A stretch of DNA of 64,000 bases, from the NCBI GenBank assembly GCA_963702435.1, contig CAVPCR010000001.1:864001-928000 (forward strand), given 5' to 3'. A program made the translations under genes and the position numbers. The DNA comes from Candidatus Eiseniibacteriota bacterium. Lineage in GTDB: Bacteria; Eisenbacteria; RBG-16-71-46; CAVPCR01. Below are positions 20,665-32,601 of this stretch, in pieces. The notes beneath the pieces are model-generated. The model saw only the letters and a list, made by a program, of their open reading frames with translations. It searched no databases and had not been told where the DNA came from. Numbering within the stretch: the first letter of the stretch is position 1; each line of letters opens with the position of its first letter.

Positions 20665-22749
20665 ATGCACGCCGCGCTCGACACCTGTCCGCCGACCCGC
20701 GCCGACGACCTGACCGAGACCATCTTCGGTGTCACGCTCCGCGACCCTTACCGCTGGCTCGAAGATGCAGCCGCCCCCGCCGTGCGCTCCTGGATGGAGG
20801 AGCAGGACCGGTACGCCCGCGCCTGGCTCGCGCGGCTTCCGGGCCGCGACGCGCTCGCGCGGCGGCTCGGCGAGCTCCTCTACCTCGATTCGATCGCTCC
20901 GCCGCTCCACCGCGGGAATCGCTACTTCTACGCGCGCACGCATGCCGATCGCGAGAAGGCCATCGTCTACTGGAAGGAAGGCGAGGACGGCGCGGAGCGC
21001 GTGCTCCTCGATCCGAACACGATGAGCACGGACGGGACGACGGCGCTCGGAGTCTGGGTGCCGAGCCACGACGGCGAGCGAGTCGTCTACGCGCTCCGCG
21101 AGAACAACGCGGACGAGGCGACGCTCCATGTGATGGCGGTGGCGTCCGGGCAACGAAGCGAGATCGACGTGATCCCGGGCGCCAAGTACGCCGAGCCGTC
21201 CTGGACGCCGGCGGGCGACGGCTTCTACTACACGTACCTGCCTTCCGATCCGGCGATCCCGGTCGCCGAACGGCCGGGCCTGGCCGAGATCCGCTTCCAC
21301 CGGCTGGGGACCGACCCGCGCACCGATCCCATCGTGCATCCGTGCACCGGCAACCCGGCGACCTTTCTCCGGGTCGAGCTCTCGCGCGACGGCCACTGGC
21401 TCTTCGTCACGATCCAGCACGGCTGGAACGCGACCGAGGTGTTCGTCGCCGACCGCCGCGGGCGGCCGGCACCGGGCGCGGAACCGGTCGGCTTCTCCCC
21501 GCTCGTCACCGGTCGCGGCGCCCTCTACTTCGCGACCGCGTGGCAGGACCGCTTCTACGTCCACACCAACGAGGGAGCCCCACGCTACCGCGTCTTCCGC
21601 GTCGATCCCGCGCGCCCGGCGCGCGCCGACTGGACGGAGATTGTCCCGGAAGCGGGCGACGCGGTCCTCGAGCACCTCAAGATCGCCGGCGGCCGGCTCG
21701 TCTCGATCCTCATCCGGAATGCCGGGCACGAGCTCGAGGTGCGCACCCTCGACGGAGACTTCGTGCGCCGGGTCGAGCTTCCGGCTCCGTCCACGATCGG
21801 AGCGCTCGCCGGTAATCCGGACGAGGACGAGGCCTACGTGAGCACGAGCTCGTTCACGCGCCCGACCGCGGTCCACCGCATTTCGATCGCGACCGGCGCC
21901 ACGACCCCGTGGAGCGCCGTTCGCGCGCCGATCGATCCCGAGCCGTACGTGGTCGAGCAGGTGTGGTACCCGTCGCGGGACGGAACGCGCATCTCGATGT
22001 TCGTCTTCCGCCGGCGGGACCTCCCCCGTGACGGCTCGACGCCCTTCCTCCTGGCGGGCTATGGCGGTTTCAGCGTGAGCCAGCTGCCGGCGTACGTGCC
22101 GTCGCTCTTCGCGTGGCTCGAGGCGGGCGGGGGCTTCGCGCTCGCCAACCTGCGCGGGGGCGGCGAGTACGGCGAGGAGTGGCACCGTGCCGGGATGCTC
22201 GCCGCCAAGCAGAACGTGTTCGACGATTTCATCGCCGCCGCCGAGCACCTGGTGCGCGCGGGCTACACGCGGAGCGAGCGGCTCGCGATCCGCGGCGGCT
22301 CGAACGGCGGACTCCTGGTCGGCGCCGCGCTGACCCAGCGCCCCGATCTCTTCCGCGCCGTGATCTGCTCGGCGCCGCTCCTCGACATGGCGCGCTACCA
22401 CCTCCTCGGGAGCGGCAAGACCTGGACGCCCGAGTACGGAGATCCGGAACGGGAGGCCGATTTCCGCGTGCTCGCCGCCTACTCGCCGTACCACCGGGTG
22501 GCGGCGGGAGCGGCCTACCCCGCGCTCCTCATGCTGTCGCCTGCCAACGACGACCGGGTCGACCCCGCCCACGCGCGAAAGATGGTGGCGGCGCTCCAGG
22601 CGGCGAACGCGAGCCCGCACCCGGTGCTCCTCCGCATCGAGACGCATGCCGGGCACGCCGGCGCCGATCTGGTCAAGAAGCAGGTCGAGGCGCTCGCCGA
22701 CAGCTATGCATTCCTCATGCATGAGCTCGGCATGTCGACACCGGTGTGA
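20665..22749 (+). CDS. Prolyl oligopeptidase (S9A)
   Basis: DPYRWLED, GYGGF, NLRGGGEYG, GGSNGG (catalytic Ser), DDRV (Asp), AGH (His). Confidence 0.95.
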   Translation: MHAALDTCPPTRADDLTETIFGVTLRDPYRWLEDAAAPAVRSWMEEQDRYARAWLARLPGRDALARRLGELLYLDSIAPPLHRGNRYFYARTHADREKAIVYWKEGEDGAERVLLDPNTMSTDGTTALGVWVPSHDGERVVYALRENNADEATLHVMAVASGQRSEIDVIPGAKYAEPSWTPAGDGFYYTYLPSDPAIPVAERPGLAEIRFHRLGTDPRTDPIVHPCTGNPATFLRVELSRDGHWLFVTIQHGWNATEVFVADRRGRPAPGAEPVGFSPLVTGRGALYFATAWQDRFYVHTNEGAPRYRVFRVDPARPARADWTEIVPEAGDAVLEHLKIAGGRLVSILIRNAGHELEVRTLDGDFVRRVELPAPSTIGALAGNPDEDEAYVSTSSFTRPTAVHRISIATGATTPWSAVRAPIDPEPYVVEQVWYPSRDGTRISMFVFRRRDLPRDGSTPFLLAGYGGFSVSQLPAYVPSLFAWLEAGGGFALANLRGGGEYGEEWHRAGMLAAKQNVFDDFIAAAEHLVRAGYTRSERLAIRGGSNGGLLVGAALTQRPDLFRAVICSAPLLDMARYHLLGSGKTWTPEYGDPEREADFRVLAAYSPYHRVAAGAAYPALLMLSPANDDRVDPAHARKMVAALQAANASPHPVLLRIETHAGHAGADLVKKQVEALADSYAFLMHELGMSTPV

Positions 22750-22776
22750 CGACGGTCTCCGGTTCTCCGCTCCGTG

Positions 22777-22805
22777 TTGCACTTCCGGCTGCAATGTGCT
22801 ATGAT
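22777..22805 (+). promoter_or_regulatory. Sigma70 promoter TTGCAC-N17-TATGAT with extended -10 TG
   Basis: Direct reading of the intergenic sequence: 17-nt spacer, TGn before the -10, about 87 nt upstream of the ATG at 22892. Confidence 0.65.
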
Positions 22806-22891
22806 GCACGCGCTTGGACGCGTGGGAACAACCTCGCGTGCCGGTTCGCGATGCATACTGCTTTAACACCACAGTCCCAGGAGGGACCACG

Positions 22892-23635
22892 ATGAAGACA
22901 TTGTCAACTTGCCTCCTCGTTGCGATCTCCGTGCTCGGCCTGGCCTCGCTGGCGGCTGCCCAGCAGGCCCCGCGGCTGAACGAGATCGTCCGGAACGACG
23001 TCAGCACCGATGACCGCGAGTTCGTCGAGATCTGCGCCCAGCCAGGCACGAGCCTCGTCGACTACTGGATCATCGAGATCGAGGGCGAGACCGCCAAGGG
23101 CAATATCGACAAGGCGATCCGCCTCACCGGCACGGTCGGCGCGAGCGGTCTCTACACGATCGGGATGCCCCTGATCGCCTGCGCCGATCAGAGCGACCCT
23201 CTCACCATCGAGAACGGCGGCGCGACGATACTCCTCGTGCAGGGCTTCACCGGCCAGGTCAATCTCGACCTCGACACCAACGACGACTGCGTCGCCGACA
23301 TCCCCTTCCCGGGGACGATCGTGGACGGCGTCGGCATGGGCATGCCGAGCGCGGGCGACTGCTTCACCTACTACGGCGTGCCGGGGCTCGGCCCCGACAC
23401 CGGCCCCGGCGGCACCAGCGACTTCGACCCCGCGGGTGTTGCCCGCTGTCAGGACTGCACGGGCAACTGGGGCATGATCTGCCTCGACGGCACCGAGGGC
23501 GCGCTGTTCTGCTTCGCCAACAACCCGCAAGGGCTCTACAGCGTGGATGCCGCCACACCCTGCGCCCGCAACCTCTGCGGCGCGGTCCCCGTCGAGAACA
23601 CGACGTGGGGTGCGATCAAGAACACGTACAAGTAG
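22892..23635 (+). CDS. Secreted Cys-rich protein with a lamin-tail-like N-terminal domain and a C-terminal TWGxIK motif
   Basis: Signal peptide; LNEI...DDREFVEI; ends VPVENTTWGAIKNTYK; RBS AGGAGG. Confidence 0.8.
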   Translation: MKTLSTCLLVAISVLGLASLAAAQQAPRLNEIVRNDVSTDDREFVEICAQPGTSLVDYWIIEIEGETAKGNIDKAIRLTGTVGASGLYTIGMPLIACADQSDPLTIENGGATILLVQGFTGQVNLDLDTNDDCVADIPFPGTIVDGVGMGMPSAGDCFTYYGVPGLGPDTGPGGTSDFDPAGVARCQDCTGNWGMICLDGTEGALFCFANNPQGLYSVDAATPCARNLCGAVPVENTTWGAIKNTYK

Positions 23636-23667
23636 GAGCGCTTCAGCAAGGCGCACTGCATGAACGC

Positions 23668-23703
23668 ACGAAGCCCCGGCGGATCACTCCGCCGGGGCTT
23701 CGT
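23668..23703. terminator. Hairpin between convergent genes (likely terminator)
   Basis: ACGAAGCCCCGGCGGA-TCAC-TCCGCCGGGGCTTCGT, a perfect 16-bp stem. Confidence 0.75.
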
Positions 23704-26162
23704 CTTGCCTGACCGGCGTGCGGCCGGCGGTCGCGGCGACGACAAGGAGTCCCGTCGCGTACATCGCGCCGGCGGCAAGGAGCGTCCCGCGGAAGCCGAT
23801 CGCCATCGCCAGAACCACCGCCACCACCGATCCCAGCACCGAGGCGCTGCCGTTCCAGGCCCACATCCAGGGCGCGATGCCGGCGCCGGCGAGGGCGCGC
23901 ATGCCGAGCGGGAAGAGCGTGCCGAGGAGGAGGCCGAGCGGCGCCATGCAGAGGACGACGGCCGCGATCCGGATCCCGAGCGAGGACGTGGCGAGAGCGT
24001 CGAGCCACGACGGAACGACGAGAGCGATCCACAGCGCCGCGAGCGCAGCGCCGGCGCCGGAGAGCGAGGAGATAGCGCCGGAACCAGGCGAGCGGCAGGC
24101 GCTGGCTCAGGAGGCTTCCGCCGCCGCTCGCCAGGAGCAGCGCGAAGAGGACGACGCTCGTCGCGTACACCGGATGGCCGAGGAAAAGCACGAGCATCTG
24201 GAGGAGCGGCATCTCGAACAGCATGAAGCCGATCCCGAGCGTTCCGAAGTAGAGGAGCGCCGGGCCGCGCGGCAGATGCTCCGCCCGCGGCGCGGACGCC
24301 GCCGCCGCCATCGAGCCGGCGGCACTGTGCAGCGCGAGCGGGACGAGCAGAACGAGCAGGGAGAGAACGCCGACCACGAGCAGGAGTGTCGCCAGGGTCG
24401 TGACCGCCACCTGGTTGAACTCCTGCCCGGCCGCGTAGCGCGGCGCCCGGAAGACATCGCGCCAGCGCACCATCTGGAAGAAGAAGGGGCGATCGTCGGT
24501 CGGCGGCGACACGTCGAACTGGTAGCGATCGAGGAATCCCGCGAAGTCGCCGGTCGTGAGCAGCTCGTGATAAGCGGCGGCGATCGATGAGGGCGGCGGC
24601 GGCAACCCCGGGGCGTAGATGGTCGCGAATCCACGCGCCGTGCCCATCTCCGTGATGCGCCGGATCTCCTCCGGCGTGAAGGGAGTCTTCTTGAAGAGAC
24701 AGGTGGCAATGGGATTGACCGCGGTGACCACCACGTGCGCGGCGACCGGCCCGATCCCCAGTTCCGCCGCTGCCTGCCGGTAGAGCGCGAGGATCCGCAG
24801 GTCCTGCTGCGGCGGATCGGTGATGAAGCGCGAGATCGAGAGCACGCCGCGATCGCTCAGCCGCCCGATGTAGTCCTTGATCGCCTCCACCGTGTAGAGC
24901 GAGTTCTCCGACAGGCTGTAGGCCCCGGCGGCGGTCGCCGCCCAGGTGTCGATGAGCGAGATCTGGATCACGTCGAACCGGCGGGCGTCGCGGCGCACGA
25001 AGTGGCGCCCGTCGGCGATCACGGTCTCCACGCGCGGATGGCCGGCATAGATGCGGCCCGTGAAATCCGCGAGCTTGGTCCGGATGGGCTCGACGACGAG
25101 CGGATTGATCTCGACAGCGACGACCTGCGGTGCCCCGAACCCGAGGGCGGTGACGACGTCGCGGCCGCCGCCCGGGCCGATGATGAGCGTGTGCGGCTCC
25201 GCGACCGCCAGGTAGGGCGAGGCGGTGACGTCGAACTCGAGGTGCGGCAGCCGCGAGAAGTCGCGCCCGTCGAAGCGGGAGATGGGAGTGCCGGCCAGGT
25301 TGTCGATGAGGAGGAACATCTGCTCGACCGCCGGGAACATGCCGGCATGGGCGAGACCCCAGCCGGCCGGCGGCGTCGGGTGCGGGCACGAGTAGACCGC
25401 CACCTTGGAGTACGAGTTCCATCCGCTCCACACGGTCTCGAGCTCGTGGGTCCCCCACTGCTGCGCCGCCGCGAGGATGCGCCCCTCGCCGACGGCGATG
25501 AACGGGCGGATCCGCTGCCCGCCGAGGAGGGCGAGGACGAGGACGAGCACGGCGACGCCGTACGTGCGGGCGCGCCCCAGCGCGGGGAGCGCTGCGGCGG
25601 CGGTGATCGCCGAGACGACGAACATGAACTCGATGCCGCCCACCAGATCGAAGAGCGGGATGACGAGCACGCAGCCGAGGGCGGAGCCGGCGAGGCTCGC
25701 CGCATAGAGGGGGCCGGCGCGCTCGGCCCGCGCCGCGAAGGCCAGGGCGAAGGCGGCGCCGGCGGCGAGGAAGGGCAGTGCTGCGGCCAGGAACATCCCG
25801 AGGAGCAGGAAGAAGGCGGGGAACGCGCCCGCCGCGAGCGGATCGCCGAGGCGAGTGTAGGCGAGGAATCCCGCCGTGGTCGTCGCGGCGAAGACGATCA
25901 TGAGCCGGGCGACCACGCCGCGGACCGCGGCGATGGGAGCAGTGCCGTCGGCCCCCGGCCGGCGCCGCGCTCGCCGGTAGTAGGCGAGGAGCCCGCCGGC
26001 GCTCAGGCCGAACATGGCCAGGGAGACGGCGGCGAAGGCGAAGTGGTAGAAGACGAGCGCCGAGAAGATGCGCGTGATCCCGATCTCGACCAGGAGCACG
26101 GAGGAGCTGAGGATGAAGACGAGGGCGAAGAGCGCGCGATCGTTCCGGCGGTCAGCGGTCAT
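23684..26162 (-). CDS. Membrane protein with a spermidine-synthase-like SAM-binding domain; frameshift near 24060
   Basis: N- and C-terminal TM bundles; LIIGPGGGRDV, VEINP, DGRHFV, TWAATAAGAYSLSENSLYTVEA, TDDRPFFF. The natural C-terminus (FPLG..WAWNGSASVLG) continues in the 23684..23947 frame. Confidence 0.85.
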
Positions 26163-26222
26163 GATCGCGGGAGATTATCATGCGGAGGGCGCCCGCCCCG
26201 GACCGCCGCCCGGGTGCGTCGC

Positions 26223-29200
26223 TCAGGGTGTGACGCCCGCCGCTGACACGGACGCAGCAGCCGCCGCCGCGGCCGCCTCCGCCTCCGCCGCCGCCGTCTC
26301 CTCGCGGGCCCGCTCCTCGGCCCGCACGAAGCGCGCGACGAGCGTGTAGACGACCGGCACCAGGATCAGCGTCAGGAAGGTCGAGAAGAGCACGCCGCCG
26401 ACCACCGCGATCCCGAGCGGGCGGCGCGATTCGGCGCCGGCGCCGAGCCCGATCGCGATCGGCAGCACGCCGAAGATGGTCGAGAACGCTGGTCATGAGG
26501 ATCGGGCGGAGCCGGATCCGCGCCGCCTCGACGACCGCCATCGCAGGACCGGCCGCCCGCGCGCCCGGAGCTGGTTCGCGAACTCGACGATCAGGATCGC
26601 GTTCTTGGTCACGAGCCCGATCAGCATGATGAGCCCGATCTGCGAGTAGATGTTGAGGCTCTGCCTGAAGAGGAAGAGCGAGATGAAGGCGCCGAACACC
26701 GCCAGCGGCACCGAGAGCAGGATGGTGAGCGGGTGGATGAAGCTCTCGAACTGCGCCGCGAGCACCAGGTAGATGAAGACCACCGCGAACAGGAACATGA
26801 AGTAGAGCGTCGACGCTCGACTCCCGGAACTCGCGCGACTGGCCGGCGAGATCCCGCTCGCACGCCGGCCGGGAGCTCGTTCTTCGCGATGCGGTCGAGG
26901 TCGTCGAGCGCCTTCCCGAGGCTCACGCCGGGCGCCAGATTGGCGGTGATGGTCGCCGAGCGCAGGCGGTTGAAGTGGTTGAGCTCCTTCGGCGCCACGG
27001 TCTCCCGCACCTTGACCACGCTGGCCAGCTGGACGAGCCCGCCCTTGCCGCGCAGGTAGATGCCCTCGATCGCGTCCGGAGTCGCCCGCCCCGCCGGCCT
27101 GCAGCTGGGTGATCACGTCGTACTGCTTGTCGCCGCGCTTGAAATCGGAGACCACACGCCCGCCGAGGAGCGTCTCGAGCGTGGTGCCGATGTCGGCCAC
27201 CGACACGCCCGAGCCCCGAGGCGCGCTCGCGGTCGATCGAGATGTCGAGCTGCGGCTTGTTGAGGCGCAGGTCGGAGTCCAGGTTGATGAGGTAGCCGAG
27301 CTCGCGCGCCTTCCCCATCATGATGCTGCGTCGCCTGCTGCAGCTCCTCGTAGCTGTCGGCCTGCAGCACGTACTCGATCTCGGACGACGAGAACGTCCG
27401 CCGAGGCTCGGCGGGTTGACCAGGAAGGCGAGCACGCCCGGGATGCCGAGGAGCTGCGGGAAGAGCTCGCGCGACGATCTCCTGCTGCGACCGCTCCCGC
27501 TCGGCCCGCGGCTTCAGGTTCAGGAACACGAACCCGTTGGTGACTCGCCCGGGACCGCCGAAGCCGAGCCCGGTGGCGGTGAAGAGCGCCTGCCGCTCGG
27601 GCACGGCCATGAGCCGCGCCTCGACCTGGCGCATGTAGCGGTCGGTGTAGTCGAGGGTCGCGCCCTCCGGGGCGATGACGATGCCGAAGGCGGTGCCGCG
27701 GTCCTCGGTCGGCACGAGCTCGCGCGGCAGCAGGCGGAAGATGACCACGGTCGCCGCCACGGCGAGGACCGCGCTCGCGAGCACGAGCCCGCGCCGGCGG
27801 AGCGCGTAGCGGAGCGACCACTCGTAGAGGCGGTCGAGCCCGTCGAAGAAGGCGTCGAAGGAGCGCGCCGCCCAGCCGCTCCCCGTGCCGTGGATCGGCT
27901 TCAAGATACGCGAGCAGAGCATCGGGCGTGAGCGTCAGCGCCACGAATCCCGAGATGGCGACCGCCACCGCCACCGTGAGGCCGAACTCGCGGAACAGCC
28001 GCCCGATCGAGCCGGTCAGGAAGGCGACCGGCATGAAGACCGCGACCAGCGTGATGGTGGTCGCGACGACGGCGAACCCGATCTCCTTGGCGCCGTCGAA
28101 GGCCGCGCGCCGGCGCGGACTTCCCCATCTCCATGTGGCGGAAGATGTTCTCGAGCACGACGATGGCGTCGTCGACCACGAGCCCGATCGCGAGCACGAG
28201 CGCGAGCAGGGTCAGGATGTTGATCGTGAAGCCGAGGAAGTAGGCGACGGCGAAGGCGCCGATGATCGAGATCGGGATGGCCAGGGTGGGCATGATCGTG
28301 GCGCGCAAGCTCTTCAGGAAGACGAAGATGACGAGGACGACGAGCGCCATCGCGATGAAGAGGGTCTCGCGCACCTCGTGGATCGAGTCCTCGATGAAGC
28401 GCGAGGAATCGTAGGCGACGTCGAGCTGCATCCCCTCAGGAAGCTGCGCTCGGAGCTCGGGGAGCGCCCGTCGCACCTCGGCCGCGACCTCAACCGTGCT
28501 CGCCTTCGACTGCTTGACGATGCCGAGTCCGACGCAGGGCTCGCCGTTGAAGCGCGCAACGCTCCGCTCGTCCTCGGCGCCGACCACGACCTCGGCGACG
28601 TCGCCGAGCCGGACGAACTCGTCGCCCTCCTGGGCGACGATGATGGCCGCGAACTCCTCGGGCGTCGCGAGCTCCCCGCGCGTGCGCACGGCGAACTCGC
28701 GACCGAGCCCCTCGACGCGGCCGGCCGGGATCTCGGCGTTGCTCGCGGCGGATCGCGGTCTCGATGTCCTGCACGGTCAGCCCGTGCGCGGCGAGGCGTT
28801 GCGGGTCGAGCCACACCCGCATGGCGTAGCGGCGCTCGCCGCCGATGAAAACGGTGCCGACGCCGGGGAGGCGCTGCAGCCGGTCCTTGATCACGCGATC
28901 GGCGATCTCCGAGAGCTCGAGCGCCGAGTGCCGGGTGCTCGAGAGCGCGAGCCAGAAGATCGGCTGGGCGTTGGCGTCCACCTTGGCGACGATCGGGTCG
29001 TCGGCCTCGCGTCGGCAGCTGACCGCGCACGCGGGATACGCGGTCGCGCACGTCGTTGGCCGCCTCGTCCACGTCGCGCTTCAGCTCGAACTCGACCGTG
29101 ATCACCGAACCCTGCTCGCGGCTCGAGGAGGTGATCGTCTTCACGCCCTCGATGGTCGACGAGCTGCTCCTCGAGCACATCGGTGATCTCGGTCTCGATG

Positions 29201-29373
29201 ACGTTCGAGCTCGCGCCGCGGTAGAGAGTGGTGATCGAGACGATCGGCGGATCGATGTCCGGGTACTCGCGCACCGGCAGGCGCCCGAGCGCGATGAGCC
29301 CGAAGAGGACGATGGCGAGGCTCATCACCGTCGCGAAGACGGGGCGCTGGATCGAGACTTCGCTGAGCTTCAT
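26223..29373 (-). CDS. AcrB/AcrD/AcrF-family RND efflux permease, broken by about a dozen or more single-base frameshifts
   Basis: Consecutive fragments join into one full RND protein: [68 protein letters not shown]. Confidence 0.9.
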
Positions 29374-29402
29374 GCTATCGCTTCACCCTGACGCGTCGCG
29401 TC

Positions 29403-31475
29403 CTAGTACCAGATGTATCCCTTGAAGAAGAGCGCGGAGAGGGGCGGCAAGGTCAGGTTGAGCGACCAGGGCCGTCCGTGCATCCACACGGGCTCGGCCT
29501 CCACGCGCCCGCCGTTGCCGAGACCGCTTCCCCAGTACTCGCGCGCGTCCGAGTTGAGGAGCTCCGTCCAGGTGCCGCCGCCGGGCACACCGACGCGGTA
29601 GCCGATGCGCGGCACCGGCGTCAGGTTCAGGACGACGAGGATCACCTCGGTCCCGTGCCGGCCGCGGCGCATGAACGAGAGCACGCTCTGGTCGGCGTCG
29701 TTGCAGTCTATCCACTCGAAGCCGGAAGGGCTGAAGTCCAGCTCGTAGAGCGCCGGCTCCCGGCGGTAGAGATGGTTCAGATCGGCGAGCCAGCGCGTGA
29801 CCCCGGCATGCGGCTCCCACTGGAGCAGGTGCCAGTCGAGGCTCTGGTCGTGTTTCCACTCGTCCCACTGTCCGAACTCGCCGCCCATGAACAGGAGCTT
29901 CTTCGCCGCCTGGCCGTACATGTAACCGAAGAGCAGGCGGAGGTTCGCGAACTTCTGCCAGTCGTCGCCCGGCATGCGGCCAAGGAGCGAGCTCTTCCCG
30001 TGCACCACCTCGTCATGCGAGAGGGGCAGGACGAAGTTCTCGTGGAAGGCGTACAGCATGCGGAAGGTCAGGTTGTTGTGGTGGTGCCGGCGGTGGATCG
30101 GATCGCGCCCCATGTAGTAGAGCGTATCGTGCATCCAGCCCATGTCCCACTTGAGACCGAAGCCGAGCCCGCCGAGGTGGGTCGGTCGCGACACCATCGG
30201 CCACGACGTCGACTCCTCGGCCGTCATCTGCACGTCGGGGAAACGCCGGTAGACGGCTTCGTTCAGCCGGCGCAGGAAGCGGATGGCGGCCAGGTTCTCG
30301 CGCCCGCCGAACTCGTTCGGGATCCACTCGCCCGCCTGGCGCGAGTAGTCGAGGTAGAGCATCGAGGCCACCGCATCCACGCGGAGCCCGTCCACGTGGT
30401 AGCGGTCGAGCCACAGGAAGGCGCTCGACATGAGGAAGCTCGGGATCTCGTTCCGATCGTAGTTGAAGATCGAGCTCCCCCAGTCGGGGTGATAGCCCTG
30501 GCGCGGATCGGCATGCTCGAAGAGATGCGTGCCGTCGAAGTACGAGAGCCCGTGCTCATCGGTCGGAAAGTGCGACGGCACCCAGTCGAGAATCACGCCG
30601 ATCTTGTGCTGGTGCAGATAGTCGATGAGATACATGAAATCCTGCGGCGTGCCGTAGCGGCTCGTCGGCGCGAAGAAGCCGGTCGTCTGGTAGCCCCAGG
30701 AGCCGTAGAACGGATGCTCCATCACCGGCAGGAACTCGACGTGGGTGAACCCCATGCGCTCGACGTGCTCGGCCAGCAGCGGCGCCATCTCGCGATAGGT
30801 GAGCGGACGCCCGCCCTCCTCGGGGACGCGCCGCCAGGAACCGATGTGCACCTCGTAGATCGCCAGCGGCCGATCGAGCCCGTTCTGCTCGCGGCGGCTG
30901 GCCATCCACTCGGCGTCGTTCCAGGTGTAGTCGAGGTCCCACACCACCGAGGCGGTCTTCGGCGGCACCTCGTGCCGGAACCCGAACGGATCCGCCTTGT
31001 CGACGCGGTAACCGTTGTGACGCGATGCGATGTGATACTTGTAGACGTCGCCGCGCTTGATCCCGGGGATGAACCCCTCCCAGATGCCCGAGCTCGCGCG
31101 CGGGCGGAGCGGGTGGCTCCCGCGGTTCCAGCCGTTGAAGTCGCCCATCACGAACACCTGCTCCGCGCTCGGCGCCCACACCGCGAAGTAGGTGCCCTTG
31201 ACCCCGTCCTCGACCATGGGATGCGCGCCGAGCCGCTCATAGAGCGCGGCGTGCGTGCCCTCGTTGAAGAGGTAGAGATCCTGGTCCGAGAGGCGCGTGA
31301 CGTCGTGGCGCACCTTGGATCCGGGCATGGTCGCACCTGGCGTGGCAGCGGGCACGGCCGTAGCGGGCCCGGCCGCACCAGGCATGGTCGCACCAGGCGT
31401 CGCAGCGGGCACGGCCGCACCGGGCCCGGCCGCAGCAGGCGTGATCGCACCGGGCGTGATCGCAACTCGAGTCAT
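29403..31475 (-). CDS. glgB: 1,4-alpha-glucan branching enzyme (GH13) with a repetitive N-terminal extension
   Basis: [61 protein letters not shown] overlaps the MFP stop (ATGA). Confidence 0.96.
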   Translation of the reverse strand: MTRVAITPGAITPAAAGPGAAVPAATPGATMPGAAGPATAVPAATPGATMPGSKVRHDVTRLSDQDLYLFNEGTHAALYERLGAHPMVEDGVKGTYFAVWAPSAEQVFVMGDFNGWNRGSHPLRPRASSGIWEGFIPGIKRGDVYKYHIASRHNGYRVDKADPFGFRHEVPPKTASVVWDLDYTWNDAEWMASRREQNGLDRPLAIYEVHIGSWRRVPEEGGRPLTYREMAPLLAEHVERMGFTHVEFLPVMEHPFYGSWGYQTTGFFAPTSRYGTPQDFMYLIDYLHQHKIGVILDWVPSHFPTDEHGLSYFDGTHLFEHADPRQGYHPDWGSSIFNYDRNEIPSFLMSSAFLWLDRYHVDGLRVDAVASMLYLDYSRQAGEWIPNEFGGRENLAAIRFLRRLNEAVYRRFPDVQMTAEESTSWPMVSRPTHLGGLGFGLKWDMGWMHDTLYYMGRDPIHRRHHHNNLTFRMLYAFHENFVLPLSHDEVVHGKSSLLGRMPGDDWQKFANLRLLFGYMYGQAAKKLLFMGGEFGQWDEWKHDQSLDWHLLQWEPHAGVTRWLADLNHLYRREPALYELDFSPSGFEWIDCNDADQSVLSFMRRGRHGTEVILVVLNLTPVPRIGYRVGVPGGGTWTELLNSDAREYWGSGLGNGGRVEAEPVWMHGRPWSLNLTLPPLSALFFKGYIWY
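31321..31465 (-). repeat. 57-bp degenerate tandem repeat (about 2.5 copies) encoding a 19-aa Pro/Ala/Gly/Thr unit
   Basis: GGCATGGTCGCACC-like units at 31324, 31381 and 31438; unit [19 protein letters not shown]. Confidence 0.85.
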
Positions 31476-32599
31476 GATTTTTCCCCTCCCGCCGGCGGCG
31501 CCGGCGCATCGCCGCCCGGCCCGGGCTGGCTCGTGACGGGGATCACCTTCGCTCCCTCGAACAGCTTCTGATGACCCGCGCGCACCACCTGCATGCCGGG
31601 ATCGAGCCCCTTCACCACCTCGACCTGGTCGGGGAGGCGGGTGCCGAGCTCGAGCACCGCGCGCGTCACCGTCGAGTCGGGCTTGATGACGAAGGCGAAG
31701 TTCTGATCGCCCTCGGCGAACACCGCCTCGCTCGGGATGGTGAGCGCATCGGCGCGCTCGCTGAGCACCGCTGTCACGTTGGCCGACATGCCCGGGCGGA
31801 AACGGCCGCCCGGATTCTTGACCCGCGCCAGGATCCTGGCGCTCCGGAGCGCCGGATCGAGCACCGGGTCGACGACGTCGATCACGCCGGTGAGCTCGAC
31901 GCCGGGGTAAGCGGGCGTGGTCACCGTGACGCGCGCGCCGCGCTTGAGCTCGGCGAGATAGCGCTCCGGAGCCGAGAAGGCGACCTTGATCTCCTGGACG
32001 GCGGAGAGGTCGGTGATCGGATCGCCGGGGCGCAGGAACGCGCCCGGACTCACCTGGCGGGCGCCGATCAGACCGCTCCACGGCGCCACGATGCGCGTCT
32101 TCTCGAAGCGAGTGCGGGCGAGCGCGAGATCGGCCTCGGCCATCTTGAGATTGGCGGCGGCGTTGTCGAGATCCTGCGCGGCCCCGGCGTTCTGCTCGAC
32201 GATCCGCTTCACGCGGTCGTAGGTGACCTGCTGCTGGTCGCGGAACGCCTCGGCGCGCGCCACCTCGGCCTTGGCCTGCGCATCGTCGAGCTGGGCGATG
32301 GGTGATCCCGCCTGCACGAATTCGCCTTCGCGGAAGGGCAGGCTGGTGAGAATGCCCTGGATCTCGGCGACGACCGTGATCGCCTCCCCGGCCTCGATCG
32401 TGCCGACGGCCTCGAAGCGATCGGTGACCGCCATCCGGGCGACCGGCGCCGCCTCGACCGGCATCGGGGGCGGCGCGAAGCCGCCCGGGCCCCCGCCGCC
32501 GCGCTGGCAGCCGGCGCCGAGCGCGAGAAGCGCGAAGGTCGCGAGAGTCGTGCTGGCGAGACGCGCTCGCCGGAACCCGATCGTCATCGAACGCTCCAT
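31472..32599 (-). CDS. RND efflux periplasmic adaptor (membrane fusion protein), lipoprotein
   Basis: LGAGC lipobox; [34 protein letters not shown]. Confidence 0.93.
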   Translation of the reverse strand: MERSMTIGFRRARLASTTLATFALLALGAGCQRGGGGPGGFAPPPMPVEAAPVARMAVTDRFEAVGTIEAGEAITVVAEIQGILTSLPFREGEFVQAGSPIAQLDDAQAKAEVARAEAFRDQQQVTYDRVKRIVEQNAGAAQDLDNAAANLKMAEADLALARTRFEKTRIVAPWSGLIGARQVSPGAFLRPGDPITDLSAVQEIKVAFSAPERYLAELKRGARVTVTTPAYPGVELTGVIDVVDPVLDPALRSARILARVKNPGGRFRPGMSANVTAVLSERADALTIPSEAVFAEGDQNFAFVIKPDSTVTRAVLELGTRLPDQVEVVKGLDPGMQVVRAGHQKLFEGAKVIPVTSQPGPGGDAPAPPAGGEKS

Positions 32600-32601
32600 C
32601 C

